Of a stretch of DNA of 64,000 nucleotides, positions 29,962-39,672 are shown piece after piece. The notes beneath the pieces were generated by a model that made no database searches, was not told where the DNA came from, and worked only from the letters and a program-made list of their open reading frames with translations. Source of the stretch: Myxococcota bacterium (GTDB lineage: Bacteria; Myxococcota_A; SURF-8; G963663525). The translations under genes were made by a program, and so were the position numbers. Where the stretch lies: the NCBI GenBank assembly GCA_963676915.2, contig CAXXVK010000011.1, forward strand, positions 73,805 to 137,804, read 5' to 3'. Numbering within the stretch: the stretch's first letter is position 1; every line of letters starts with the position of its first letter.

Positions 29962-30846
29962 TTAGTTGTAATCGCCGAGTTTGTCGATTTCTTCTTTGGC
30001 CTTGGACGTATAACGCGATCCGGGGTAACGGAAGATCAGGTCTTCGAAGAAGAGTTTGGCGTCCCGCTTCATTCCCATTCCCAGAAAACATTTGGCCAGC
30101 ATGAATAGCGCCCGGTCCTGCATATCACCGTTTTTGTATCCATCGAGCACTTTTTGGAAGGTCATCGCGGCCTGGTGGTAGTTTTTTTCGTCGAAGTAGC
30201 TGTTTCCAATCCAGATTTCGGCATCGTCGGCCATGGAGTCTTTGGGAAAGCGTTTCAGGAAATTGAGCATCAGCCGTCGTCCTGGGATGGTTTCGCCTTT
30301 TTGAATCAGTTTTCTTCCCTGACGAAACAGGTCTTTTTTATCTTTGATGTTCGACCCATCCTGAATCACGGGTTCTTCCGGTGTGACGGCTTGGGGGGTA
30401 GCGTCGGAGGAGACTCCAAGTTTCGCTTCCAGTACTTCGACGCGTCGGGAGAGTTTGTCGATTTTTTCGCTAAGCTCCATTCGCGCCACTTGCGTGGTAT
30501 GGTCGTTTTGTTCGATCAGACCGGTCAGCATTTGGATCTGGCGGCGCAACTCCTGGACTTCCTGACTGTCGAGGATGTTGTCCTCTCCCATTCGCGCTTC
30601 GACCTGAGTAATTTTTGCCGACATGCCTTGATCCCGCTGGATCGATTCATCCGTCTGTTTTTTTTGGTCTTCTTCCAGGGTGTTGAGGTGGGTTTGCATG
30701 GCCAGGAGATCTTGCTCGAGCCGTTCGTGCTCTTCTTTGGTGACAAGACAGCCCGGCAACAACAAGCCGAAGACGAGAAAGAGCGAGAAAACGGTCCATC
30801 CTTTGGGAATCAAACGGCTTTTCGTCGGTTTGCGCGAATGGATCAT
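29962..30846 (-). CDS. cpoB: Tol-Pal associated CpoB/YbgF-like coiled-coil + TPR protein (lipoprotein signal)
   Basis: Downstream of pal; LPGC lipobox, coiled coil, TPRs (FLKRFPKDSMADDAEIWIGNSYF...YPGS). Confidence 0.82.
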   Translation of the reverse strand: MIHSRKPTKSRLIPKGWTVFSLFLVFGLLLPGCLVTKEEHERLEQDLLAMQTHLNTLEEDQKKQTDESIQRDQGMSAKITQVEARMGEDNILDSQEVQELRRQIQMLTGLIEQNDHTTQVARMELSEKIDKLSRRVEVLEAKLGVSSDATPQAVTPEEPVIQDGSNIKDKKDLFRQGRKLIQKGETIPGRRLMLNFLKRFPKDSMADDAEIWIGNSYFDEKNYHQAAMTFQKVLDGYKNGDMQDRALFMLAKCFLGMGMKRDAKLFFEDLIFRYPGSRYTSKAKEEIDKLGDYN

Positions 30847-30861
30847 ATGTCATCCAATTTC

Positions 30862-30895
30862 AAAAAAGGGCGGAAGTGCAAGCCTTCCGCCCTTT
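30862..30895 (-). terminator. Terminator/attenuator between pal and cpoB
   Basis: AAAGGGCGGAAG/CTTCCGCCCTTT stem with T tract on the minus strand. Confidence 0.7.
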
Positions 30896-30917
30896 GAGAG
30901 TCCGAAAAACAGGAAAC

Positions 30918-31655
30918 TCAGTCCTTGATGATCGTCTCACCACGGCGGTTCTTGGCCCAGGCGTCCTCGTTGTGACCGTAGGACAGCGGACGTTCCTCAC
31001 CGTAAGAGATCGTTTCGATCTTGTTGCGGGAAATGCCGAGATTCACGAGGAAATCACGGACCGCACGGGCACGACGTTGACCCAGCGCGAGGTTGTATTC
31101 GAGGGAACCGCGTTCGTCGCAGTGACCTTCGATCTTGACACGCACGCTGCCTTTGCTCTTGATGCATTCGTAGTTGTCACGCAAGGTCTGGCGTGCTTCG
31201 CTGGTCAGGTAGTATTCGTCGAAATCGAAGTGAATCGTCTGGATTTCGCAGGCTTCCGGTGTCGGAGCGGAAGAACCGAGTGCAGGCGGCATGCCTTTTT
31301 GACGGGCTTCATCTTCACTCATGCAGCGATCTTGCCAGCAGACGTTCTCGCCACTGCAATCGTCGGCAGAGTCGCACTCGGCGACGCATTTGCGGACTTC
31401 GCCTTGCAGACGGCAGACCCGATTGGAGGCGCAATCGTCGTTGGTCGCACATTCATGGCGAACTTTGGCTTCCAGACAGTTGCCGCCACGGCATTCCAAT
31501 CCAGCCTCGCAATCGCTGTTTTCGAGACATTCCGGTGGCGGAGGAGGAGGGGGATCTTCTTTACCGCATCCACCCAACCAAAGCGTGCCCACAATCAACA
31601 GTCCCAGGATGACTCCCGGGGAAAAGATAACCTTTCGGTTGGATCTGGTCATCAT
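30918..31655 (-). CDS. pal: Peptidoglycan-associated lipoprotein with Cys-rich insert
   Basis: LGGC lipobox; IHFDFD, IEGHCDERGSLEYNLALGQRRA, ISYGEERP, WAKNRR. Confidence 0.9.
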   Translation of the reverse strand: MMTRSNRKVIFSPGVILGLLIVGTLWLGGCGKEDPPPPPPPECLENSDCEAGLECRGGNCLEAKVRHECATNDDCASNRVCRLQGEVRKCVAECDSADDCSGENVCWQDRCMSEDEARQKGMPPALGSSAPTPEACEIQTIHFDFDEYYLTSEARQTLRDNYECIKSKGSVRVKIEGHCDERGSLEYNLALGQRRARAVRDFLVNLGISRNKIETISYGEERPLSYGHNEDAWAKNRRGETIIKD

Positions 31656-32129
31656 AACCCCTTTCCTTCTTTTTGATCCGAATCGTAAATAACTGTTCGT
31701 CTTCATTGAAAAATTCGTTATATCGCTTCGGTTTGGAACCCATCTCCCGAATCGATACCGTAACTGTATTGTAAGTTTTGATCGCGTTGCGTCAATACAT
31801 ATTTTTTTCAAATAAAGCATTCATTCTTGCACACGGATTCCTATTCTATTAAATATACGTATAAAGATCAAGTTTTTTCGCTGACAAGTAGCTTTATTCA
31901 TCGAAAAAAATCTCTAAAAAGAATTGTAATCATCATGGGTTATAAAACCAAAAGAAAAATGATAGAATAGATGTAAACTTTTACGAACCCAAAAAAAGAA
32001 ACATCAGTAACTGTAGAGGAAATTCCAAATTGTTGTCAAGGAATTCACATCTTATGATTTTAGTACTGCTGTTCTTGGATAGAATTCGATTACTGTTTGT
32101 AAATGGAAGATTTTTAGAGAGAAAACGAG

Positions 32130-32642
32130 TTATTTTTTGGCAGGATTCACTTCGATGACGAGGATCATCACACCTTTTTTGTAGCGACTACCCCCCAGAA
32201 TCACCATATGACCGTCACGGATCAGTAAATCCGTCTGTATGCGCTTGGGAATGGATAGCGAGATCTTCCACATCTCACTCTGTTTTTCGACCGGTATTAG
32301 CGAAAGAGGTTTGTCATCGGGAAGGATCAACGTCCCTTTCTGGCCGATCTTCAAAGAGAGGCTTTGCTCGTTTTCGAGATGATATTGGGTAAAATCGAAA
32401 AGCTGATTGAGTCGTTTTTGTAAAGGTTTCAATCTCGGATCGACCTTGTTTTCCCCTTTGGCTGCATAGACGATTTGTACTTTCAATGTGGGGGAAGCCG
32501 TTGTTTCGGCACGAACATCGGTCGAAAGAGCAGAAATCAGCGCCAGCACCATGAAAATTATTGGAGAGATTCGAAAAAGTCCGCTCATCATCGGTCGTTT
32601 CAACTGCATTGTCCGGGATACTCCGGACGAAAAAAAGGTCAT
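32130..32642 (-). CDS. Exported hypothetical protein, third gene of the ECF operon
   Basis: Signal-like hydrophobic segment followed by a beta-rich domain; 6 bp after the anti-sigma stop. Start uncertain. Confidence 0.65.
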   Translation of the reverse strand: MTFFSSGVSRTMQLKRPMMSGLFRISPIIFMVLALISALSTDVRAETTASPTLKVQIVYAAKGENKVDPRLKPLQKRLNQLFDFTQYHLENEQSLSLKIGQKGTLILPDDKPLSLIPVEKQSEMWKISLSIPKRIQTDLLIRDGHMVILGGSRYKKGVMILVIEVNPAKK

Positions 32643-32648
32643 TCCGGG

Positions 32649-33149
32649 TCAGTTCATATTTTCTTCGAACAACCAGATCACTTTCACCGGTTCGTTTTCT
32701 CCGTCGATTTGAGTTTCAAAGACTCGTGCTTCGGATTCGAACGTGTTCAGGTTCTGAACGATTACGTTATTCGGTTCCCAACTGGAGTCGGATTGGCGGT
32801 GCTGATAATGCAACCCTACCACCAAAGCCAGTGCTGCCGCTGCAACGGCAACCGAAACCGGTTTCCACAGATTTGAAAAACGTTGCTGCCAGGAGGAAAG
32901 AGTCGGCGTTGTTTTTTCTTCCGACAATCGTTGTTCGATCTCGGCCGCTAGGGCATCTTCGTCTAGCGAGCGCAGCGCCTCTTCGGTATCGTGGCGCAGT
33001 CCCTTGCCGATCTTCTCAAGCCATTCGACTTCGGATTCCAGCGTGGGATCGTTCGACAAAGCCTCTTGAACCATCTCACGTCGGGTATCGTCAAGTTCTC
33101 CGTCGTGCAGCCGATGCACGTCTTTCACTGTTGTTTTGTTTCGTTTCAT
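32649..33149 (-). CDS. Membrane-anchored anti-sigma factor
   Basis: ATGA-coupled to the ECF sigma gene; HDGEL anti-sigma-like helix, single TM, C-terminal VIW strand. Confidence 0.75.
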   Translation of the reverse strand: MKRNKTTVKDVHRLHDGELDDTRREMVQEALSNDPTLESEVEWLEKIGKGLRHDTEEALRSLDEDALAAEIEQRLSEEKTTPTLSSWQQRFSNLWKPVSVAVAAAALALVVGLHYQHRQSDSSWEPNNVIVQNLNTFESEARVFETQIDGENEPVKVIWLFEENMN

Positions 33150-33766
33150 GTTCGATCCTTTGTTCCTTCGCGGTGGCGATTCATGGATTTCTGTATTTTC
33201 TTCCGCGCATGGAACAGCCGGGACATCACCGTCCCGAGACTGCAATCGATCGCCTCGGCGATCTCTTCATAGCTTAACCCTTCTACCTCTCTCAACACAA
33301 TGACTGCTCGGTGTTTTTCCGAAAGTTTTTCCATGGCCTCTCCGACCATTCGACCCAACTCCTTCGTTTCCAACGCTTTGAGCGGGTGGGGAGGAGCGGC
33401 GCTTCCTGGAAAATCGGCGTCTGTCGCTTCGGTAAACACTTCAGGTAGTTCACCGAACAGGACGGTCTTTTTTCTGTGGCTTTTCCCGGCGGTACTGATC
33501 GACAGATTGACGGCGATTCGGTAAAGCCAGGTATAAAATGACGAATCGCCTTTGAATTTACTCAAATGTCGAAACGCCCGGATAAAAACCTCCTGGGTGG
33601 TGTCTCGCGCCTCTTCCCGGTCGCGGACGATTCCGAAGCAAATCCCGAAAACCCGGCCTTGATAGCGCCGGACCAACTCGCTGAAAGCCCTCGAATTGCC
33701 GTTTTGCCCCTGTTCGACCAGTTCAAGGTCGCTCAGTGGTTCCGGCTGTTCGTGTCGAGCCTTCAT
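33146..33766 (-). CDS. ECF RNA polymerase sigma factor (RpoE-like)
   Basis: AFSELVRRYQ, QEVFIRAF, FKGDSSFYTWLYRIAVN, LREVEGLSYEEIA, GTVMSRLFHAR. Confidence 0.93.
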   Translation of the reverse strand: MKARHEQPEPLSDLELVEQGQNGNSRAFSELVRRYQGRVFGICFGIVRDREEARDTTQEVFIRAFRHLSKFKGDSSFYTWLYRIAVNLSISTAGKSHRKKTVLFGELPEVFTEATDADFPGSAAPPHPLKALETKELGRMVGEAMEKLSEKHRAVIVLREVEGLSYEEIAEAIDCSLGTVMSRLFHARKKIQKSMNRHREGTKDRT

Positions 33767-33790
33767 ACCTACTCAACTATTCGACTTTCC

Positions 33791-33837
33791 AAAGGACGTA
33801 AAGATTCAGAAAGAAAAGCTTTTACGTCCTTTTTTTT
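33791..33837. terminator. Stem-loop between ugd and the ECF sigma gene
   Basis: AAAGGACGTAAA/TTTACGTCCTTT inverted repeat; the long T tract is on the plus strand, opposite to the flanking genes. Confidence 0.45.
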
Positions 33838-33840
33838 CGT

Positions 33841-35163
33841 TTAAACGATACCGATGCCGTGATAGTCGAACCCCATTTCTTTCAACTTTTCAGGCAACCA
33901 CAGGTTTCGACCATCAAACAGGGCTTTTCCATTCATTAATTTTGCAATTCTTTTGAAATCGGGAGAGCGGAACTGCCGCCACTCGGTGACGAGAACCAGG
34001 GCGTCCGCGCCTTTGCAGGCGTCGTACATGTCGTCACAGTACAGGAGATTGGGTTCGTCTCCGAAAATGCGACGGGATTCGTTCATCGCGACAGGATCGT
34101 AGGCCTGCAAACGAACTCCGGCTTCGAGCATTTCCTTTGCAAATACCACCGAAGCCGCTTCACGCATGTCGTCGGTTTCCGGTTTGAACGACAATCCCAG
34201 AAGGCCGATGGTGCGGCCTTTCAACTCTCCTTTGAAGTACTCCCGGATTTTCTGACCCAGAACCATTTTTTGCTTGTCGTTGCGTCCATGGACGGAGGCC
34301 AGCACCATCGGATCGACACCGACATCCCGAGCCGTGCGGATCAACGCCTGCACGTCTTTCGGGAAGCAGGAGCCACCATAACCCACGCCCGGAAAAATGA
34401 ACGAGTATCCAATGCGGGAGTCCGCACCGATACCCTGCCGTACTTTTCGTACATCGGCACCGACTTTTTCGCAGATACACGCGATTTCATTGATGAAACT
34501 GATTTTCGTGGCCAACATGCAGTTGGATGCGTATTTCACCATTTCCGCCGAAGGGGGGTCCATGAAGATCAGTCGATCCTGTCGCAGCTGGAACGGACGG
34601 TACATGACCCGCATGAACCGTTCGGCGCGTTCGGTTTCGCAGCCCACCACGATCCGGTCGGGTTTGAGGAAATCATCGATCGCCGCGCCTTCTTTAAGAA
34701 ATTCGGGATTGGATACCACGTCGAAGGGGATGTCCAGCCCACGGCGGTCCAATTCTTCCTGAATGGCATGACGTACTTTGACTGCCGTTCCCACCGGGAC
34801 GGTGGATTTGTCGATGACGACCGTGTAATCCGTGATCAACGACCCGATTTGCCGAGCGGCCTGAACGACATAGGAGAGATCCGCCGACCCGTCTTCCCCC
34901 GGAGGAGTACCCACGGCGATGAAAACCGCTTCGGCACCCACGATGGCTTCAGACAATTTCGTGGTGAACGCCAATCTACCTTCTCGGGTGTTGCGTTCCA
35001 CGATGGCGTCAAGGCCTGGCTCGTAAATCGGGATTTCCCCGGATTTGAGCTTGATGATTTTCCCTTCGTCCACATCCACGCAGGTGACGTCGTTGCCGAC
35101 TTCCGCGAAGCAAGCGCCCGATACCAAACCTACGTATCCTGTCCCTATCATTACGATTTTCAT
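33841..35163 (-). CDS. ugd: UDP-glucose 6-dehydrogenase
   Basis: IGTGYVGL, PIYEPGL, KSTVPVGT, SNPEFLKEG, GYGGSCFPKD, FKPETDDMR. Confidence 0.96.
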   Translation of the reverse strand: MKIVMIGTGYVGLVSGACFAEVGNDVTCVDVDEGKIIKLKSGEIPIYEPGLDAIVERNTREGRLAFTTKLSEAIVGAEAVFIAVGTPPGEDGSADLSYVVQAARQIGSLITDYTVVIDKSTVPVGTAVKVRHAIQEELDRRGLDIPFDVVSNPEFLKEGAAIDDFLKPDRIVVGCETERAERFMRVMYRPFQLRQDRLIFMDPPSAEMVKYASNCMLATKISFINEIACICEKVGADVRKVRQGIGADSRIGYSFIFPGVGYGGSCFPKDVQALIRTARDVGVDPMVLASVHGRNDKQKMVLGQKIREYFKGELKGRTIGLLGLSFKPETDDMREAASVVFAKEMLEAGVRLQAYDPVAMNESRRIFGDEPNLLYCDDMYDACKGADALVLVTEWRQFRSPDFKRIAKLMNGKALFDGRNLWLPEKLKEMGFDYHGIGIV

Positions 35164-35500
35164 GTTTGCCGGTCCCGGTAAATAGACTAGAATAATTTAG
35201 GTAACCGCTGCCTCATGCATATCTGCAATACGGATATTTGTCAATTGCAGGAAAACGCGATACAACGGACGAACCTATAATCGTTGGAACTCGAAACGTC
35301 TTCTAAAAGGAATCCCTTAGAAGGGATTTGGAGAAAGAAGAAACGATTTCGAGAGAAATTTCTCCAATGTAGGGATGGGGTGTTTTTTACTGACAGTCTT
35401 GCATCATTATGCGTATAATGGCACGTCAAATCGGTTGGAACACCCGAGAATGAAACAACGACTTGTCAGGCATGGATCGAACATGACGAGGAAATTCAAG

Positions 35501-37351
35501 ATGATACGCCTTTTCTCTTTGCTGTTGGTCACCTGTTGGCTCATTTCCTGCGACTCCAAAGACACGCGTGTTTTCGAGCCGTCTCAGACCGGTGGGGATA
35601 CCGATACGGTCACGGATAACGTCGAAGCCTCCTGCACGAACGGCGAAAGCTGTGATGACGGGATTGAATGCACGACGGACGATATCTGCACCGATGGAGT
35701 CTGCAAAGGATTTATTCGGGGGGATTCCTGCCTGATCGATGATGAATGCTATTCGGGCAGCGATTTCAATCCCGGAAATCGCTGTCAGTTCTGTTCTCCG
35801 GCACAAAACCAAGAGGAATGGACCAATCTTCCAAATGGTCAAACCTGTAACGACAGTGCGGAATGTACCTCTGATGACGTATGTCAAAACGGAACCTGTA
35901 CAGGTGACATTGCTGATGGTTATTGCTTGATTGGTGGCGAGTGTTTCGAGACGGATGAGGCCAAGGAAGGAAATATCTGTCTCGTATGCGATCCCGATTA
36001 CGATCCAGTAGGATGGCGTTCCTACACCATGCTCCCGGAATGCGACGATAACGACCCCTGTACCACCGATTCGTGCGATCTCGATAGTGGGATCTGTAGT
36101 AACGAGGAAATCGCAAACGATTGCGGTACGTTGACTTGTGGTGCTTCTCCTTCGGGATGCTATGAATGCGGTGACTGCGAAGGATTCAACCATGAATGCC
36201 TCAGCGGTCAGTGTAATATTCTCGTCGACGATTGCGGCGATTCGGGTGGTTTGCAGGACGGTGCCGCCTGGCCGATGGTGGGCTATTGCGTAACGCATCA
36301 GGGAAGAAGCCCGTATTCGGGACCGATAGCCGGGCAGGTTCAGGTTGCGGTTAGCACCGGTGGGGCGATTCGGTCCGCTCCTGCGATTTCCGGCAGCGGG
36401 CGGCTGTACGTAGGGTCCACCGATGGAAAACTATACATTTACAACCCGTCGTCTGATTCTCTCGAATGTACTTTCACCGCAGGGGATGAAATTCTTTCAA
36501 CTCCAGCCATTCATAAAAGTGGAACCGTATTTTTCGGCTGTCAAAACGGATACTTGTACGGGATCAACATGGCGTGCAACCAGTTGATCAAATTCCAAGC
36601 TGATGGTGCTGTGTATTCTTCCCCTGTGATCGGAGCCGATGGAACGGTCTATTTTACGACAGAACAGGGGTCGCTTTATGCGATCGATCCCAGTCGTCCT
36701 GCCGGGGAACAGTTGAAATGGAAATGGAGCGATTCCAATGGTCAGGTTACGCGTAACACGAATTCTTCGCCCACAATCGATGCAGATGGCAACATTCTGT
36801 TCGGTTCGGTGGATGGAATCGTTGTTGCGATCGATCCCGATGGTGAAGAAATCGCTCGTCGGACCGGCGTAGGGTCGGTTATCACTCCTATTGCTATTAG
36901 TGGTGACGGGGAAATTCTGACGGGAACAACGTTCTCCAAAGCGTATTCGTTAACCTTGGATTCGGTTTTCAGCGAAGATTGGGTCTACGATGCAGCCGGC
37001 CCGGTATTCGGACCTGCGATTGGTACCGATGGCGTGCAACTGTTCCCCGCCAAGGATGAAAACCTCTATGCCTTCAATCCATCCGATGGAACGGTCGATT
37101 CCCGTTGGACCATCGATCTTCAAAGCCCATCGCGTTGTACACCGCTGGTCGGTGCGGATGGCTTGGTCTATGTCGGTACTCAGAATTCCCACCTGTTCGT
37201 CATCGATCCAAGCGGAAGCGGATCGGTCAAATCCGAGACGGTGGTCAGTTCTCAGTCCGGGATCGGCGGTCAACTTTGGGGATTGTCTATGGCGAAAGAC
37301 GGAACGTTGTATATTGCTTGTGAAGACGGAAACTTATACAGCTTCCAGTAA
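35501..37351 (+). CDS. Lipoprotein with Cys-rich repeats and PQQ-like beta-propeller
   Basis: LISC lipobox; CDDGIECTTDDIC / CDDNDPCTTDSC repeats; SSPVIGADGTVY-type blades. Start estimated. Confidence 0.82.
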   Translation: MIRLFSLLLVTCWLISCDSKDTRVFEPSQTGGDTDTVTDNVEASCTNGESCDDGIECTTDDICTDGVCKGFIRGDSCLIDDECYSGSDFNPGNRCQFCSPAQNQEEWTNLPNGQTCNDSAECTSDDVCQNGTCTGDIADGYCLIGGECFETDEAKEGNICLVCDPDYDPVGWRSYTMLPECDDNDPCTTDSCDLDSGICSNEEIANDCGTLTCGASPSGCYECGDCEGFNHECLSGQCNILVDDCGDSGGLQDGAAWPMVGYCVTHQGRSPYSGPIAGQVQVAVSTGGAIRSAPAISGSGRLYVGSTDGKLYIYNPSSDSLECTFTAGDEILSTPAIHKSGTVFFGCQNGYLYGINMACNQLIKFQADGAVYSSPVIGADGTVYFTTEQGSLYAIDPSRPAGEQLKWKWSDSNGQVTRNTNSSPTIDADGNILFGSVDGIVVAIDPDGEEIARRTGVGSVITPIAISGDGEILTGTTFSKAYSLTLDSVFSEDWVYDAAGPVFGPAIGTDGVQLFPAKDENLYAFNPSDGTVDSRWTIDLQSPSRCTPLVGADGLVYVGTQNSHLFVIDPSGSGSVKSETVVSSQSGIGGQLWGLSMAKDGTLYIACEDGNLYSFQ

Positions 37352-37397
37352 AAGGAACGTTTCGAGGCATAGGAAAATGCCTGAATGTGAGCTAACT

Positions 37398-37431
37398 ACG
37401 GGATTTCTTTATAAGAAATCCCGTTTTTTTT
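37398..37431 (+). terminator. Rho-independent terminator
   Basis: ACGGGATTTCTT-TAT-AAGAAATCCCGT followed by a T tract. Confidence 0.8.
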
Positions 37432-37443
37432 GGGGGATGACTT

Positions 37444-38379
37444 CTAGTCTTTTTCTTCCATCGGCGGTGCAACGGTCTCCTCGGAACTTTCGCTTCGTGA
37501 TTCCAGTTTTGGAGCGGTAGCGCTTGTTTCCTTGGCTTTTGGATTTCTCTGTTCTTCGTACAAACGAACCCAGTCTTCTTCAAGCAGGGTTTGGAGATCT
37601 TCGGGTACTTGTTGTTTCTTATCGATATCTTCGTTAGGGGACGCCGCTGACGTGGCTTGTTTGTCTGTAGCTTCTTCCGAGGGGTTCTCGTCGGTTTCGT
37701 TGGTGGAGTCGAGGGGAGGGGGAACGGTTTGATTTTCCTCGGTTTTATCTTGGGTAGAAACTTCGTAGTCTTCTTGTTCCTCTTCCATTTCAGGTAGGGG
37801 AGGAGGAACAAGCGGAGATTCCGGGACGCTTTCAAGAACTTGACCGGATTCTCCATCCAGCAGGTTTTGCTCGTCAGTTTTCTGCTTGCGTTCGAGAATG
37901 ATCTGTTCGATCCGCCATCCGGCAAGGGCGGAAAGCTGGGTCAGTTTGGACAATCGCGAGGGAGAAGGCCGGTTGTTGGAATCGACATAAGCCAGCACCG
38001 GGACGCGACCGGCGACACTGACGGGAATCGCGACGAAGGGGCGGGGCGGCTTAAGTCCCCGCATTTCCAGAATCGCCCGCCATTCCGGCAATCCTGTAGA
38101 GACGCCTCCGACCGGCACCCCGGAGCGAAGCGCTCGCGAAAACGGGCTGGGAGAGTCCAACGGAATCACGAGGTTGTCCAGTTTGGAAATTTTTCCCGTT
38201 GCGGAAAAGGTTTTCCAACCATAGGCAAGTGTGCCTTTGACGTTGAACAAGAGGACGAATTCGAACCAGTCCGTCAATAGATCGCCGAACAATAGTCCGA
38301 CCTCTCCGGGAGTTTTCCGTTTATGCAACCTCGTTTCGAATTCTTTCAGAATTTCCGCGAACGTAGCAGCCTCGGTCAT
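37444..38379 (-). CDS. Hypothetical protein: GAF-like domain plus acidic disordered tail
   Basis: FVAIPVSVAGRVPVLAYVD is a GAF-like strand pattern; ATGA-coupled to the RDD gene. Confidence 0.6.
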   Translation of the reverse strand: MTEAATFAEILKEFETRLHKRKTPGEVGLLFGDLLTDWFEFVLLFNVKGTLAYGWKTFSATGKISKLDNLVIPLDSPSPFSRALRSGVPVGGVSTGLPEWRAILEMRGLKPPRPFVAIPVSVAGRVPVLAYVDSNNRPSPSRLSKLTQLSALAGWRIEQIILERKQKTDEQNLLDGESGQVLESVPESPLVPPPLPEMEEEQEDYEVSTQDKTEENQTVPPPLDSTNETDENPSEEATDKQATSAASPNEDIDKKQQVPEDLQTLLEEDWVRLYEEQRNPKAKETSATAPKLESRSESSEETVAPPMEEKD

Positions 38380-39599
38380 GCCAACTCCTCGATCCTCCGG
38401 TGCTCGCCCGGAGCCAGTTCCCGACGCATTACCATCGTGCCCGCCCATCGGTCGTGCGGGCTTTGTCCTTGCTTGTACTTATATAATCCTATCAAGGAAT
38501 ACCCCACCGCCGCAAGTCCGAAAAGAAGGGCAAAGGTACGTTTGATGCTGATTTTCAGTCCTACAGGCTCGCTGTTTTTCATGACCGTACGAATGCCGAA
38601 GACGGTTTGGCCGGGGCTTTCTCCGCAAGTGGCGGTAAAGAAGACGAGGTAGACGAAGACCACCGTCAGATAGAGAAAAGCCAAAGATATCAGCAAGGAC
38701 GGGTCGGCTCCGAAGGAAGCGAGTGTGGAAAATGGATTGTCACCGAGTTGAATGTCGAAGAACATTCCGGCAAAAAAGCCCAATCCAACCCAGCCCATTA
38801 TGACAAACAGCGTGAGCGTCAATGCCAGATCGAAAAGACCGGCCATGATGCGGTCCGTGGGGGATGCTGTGATGATTTTCACCCGCTCTGTCGGTATGGA
38901 AATCCTCGGTGGTTCGGGAGCTTTTGAAGAGGCGAGCGGTAGTTCCTGTTGGATGGGACCGGAAACCACTTTTTTCTTTTTGCGACCGTGTCCACGACTC
39001 CAGGGAGGATCGGATTTTTCAGAATCGGGCATACGAAACTCGATGACGGAAGAACTTTCTTCCTGAATATCGTCGAGGGGAATCAATTCCTCGTTTTCAC
39101 CGAACAATTCCTCGATCACGATTTCGGCGGATTCGTTGCGGAAATCCTGGGCTTTTTTAGGTTGATTCTCTTCTTTTGACCCGGTTTCGTCGAAAATATC
39201 TCTCAATAAAGACTGCAATTTTTCGGAAGTATCTTCTTCTTGCGGAGGCATTTCAACCGCTGCCAGTTTCGGTCGGTTTTCGGCTGGCTTTTTCGGGTTT
39301 TCGGATTTTTCAGGAACGGAAACGGTTTCCATCGCTTTGGAGTTGGACACCACCCGCAGCGGTTCGACCTGACGCCATGGGTTGTCGTGGTCTTCCCGGC
39401 GAGGATCCTCCAGTTTTTCACGGGATCGAACCAGCACGACGCCATCGGAATCCGAGTTTCTGTTTCGTGTTCTGTCCGGCCCGTTTTTTACCAGGGCTTT
39501 CGAGCCTAGAGGGCATCCGCAGACCTCGCAATGCGTGGCGCTTTTAGAACTGGGCCAATAGCATTTCGGACATTTGACGAAATCGTTTTTCTTCTCCAT
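38376..39599 (-). CDS. RDD family membrane protein with N-terminal zinc ribbon
   Basis: CPKC...CEVC; ASPTDRIMAGLFD, GESPGQTVFGIR, HDRWAGTMV. Confidence 0.85.
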   Translation of the reverse strand: MEKKNDFVKCPKCYWPSSKSATHCEVCGCPLGSKALVKNGPDRTRNRNSDSDGVVLVRSREKLEDPRREDHDNPWRQVEPLRVVSNSKAMETVSVPEKSENPKKPAENRPKLAAVEMPPQEEDTSEKLQSLLRDIFDETGSKEENQPKKAQDFRNESAEIVIEELFGENEELIPLDDIQEESSSVIEFRMPDSEKSDPPWSRGHGRKKKKVVSGPIQQELPLASSKAPEPPRISIPTERVKIITASPTDRIMAGLFDLALTLTLFVIMGWVGLGFFAGMFFDIQLGDNPFSTLASFGADPSLLISLAFLYLTVVFVYLVFFTATCGESPGQTVFGIRTVMKNSEPVGLKISIKRTFALLFGLAAVGYSLIGLYKYKQGQSPHDRWAGTMVMRRELAPGEHRRIEELA

Positions 39600-39672
39600 G
39601 ACGGTCCTTTTTCGATCCTGTGGAAACCTTGTTTCGTGTTGTCTGAAGTTCTGAACGCCGATTTCCGAAGCG

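Noticed and set aside
31660-32130. AT-rich gaps (also 29430-29960) as foreign DNA or mobile-element scars
   Set aside because: No terminal repeats, transposase remnants or credible ORFs; consistent with promoter regions of pal and dcw.
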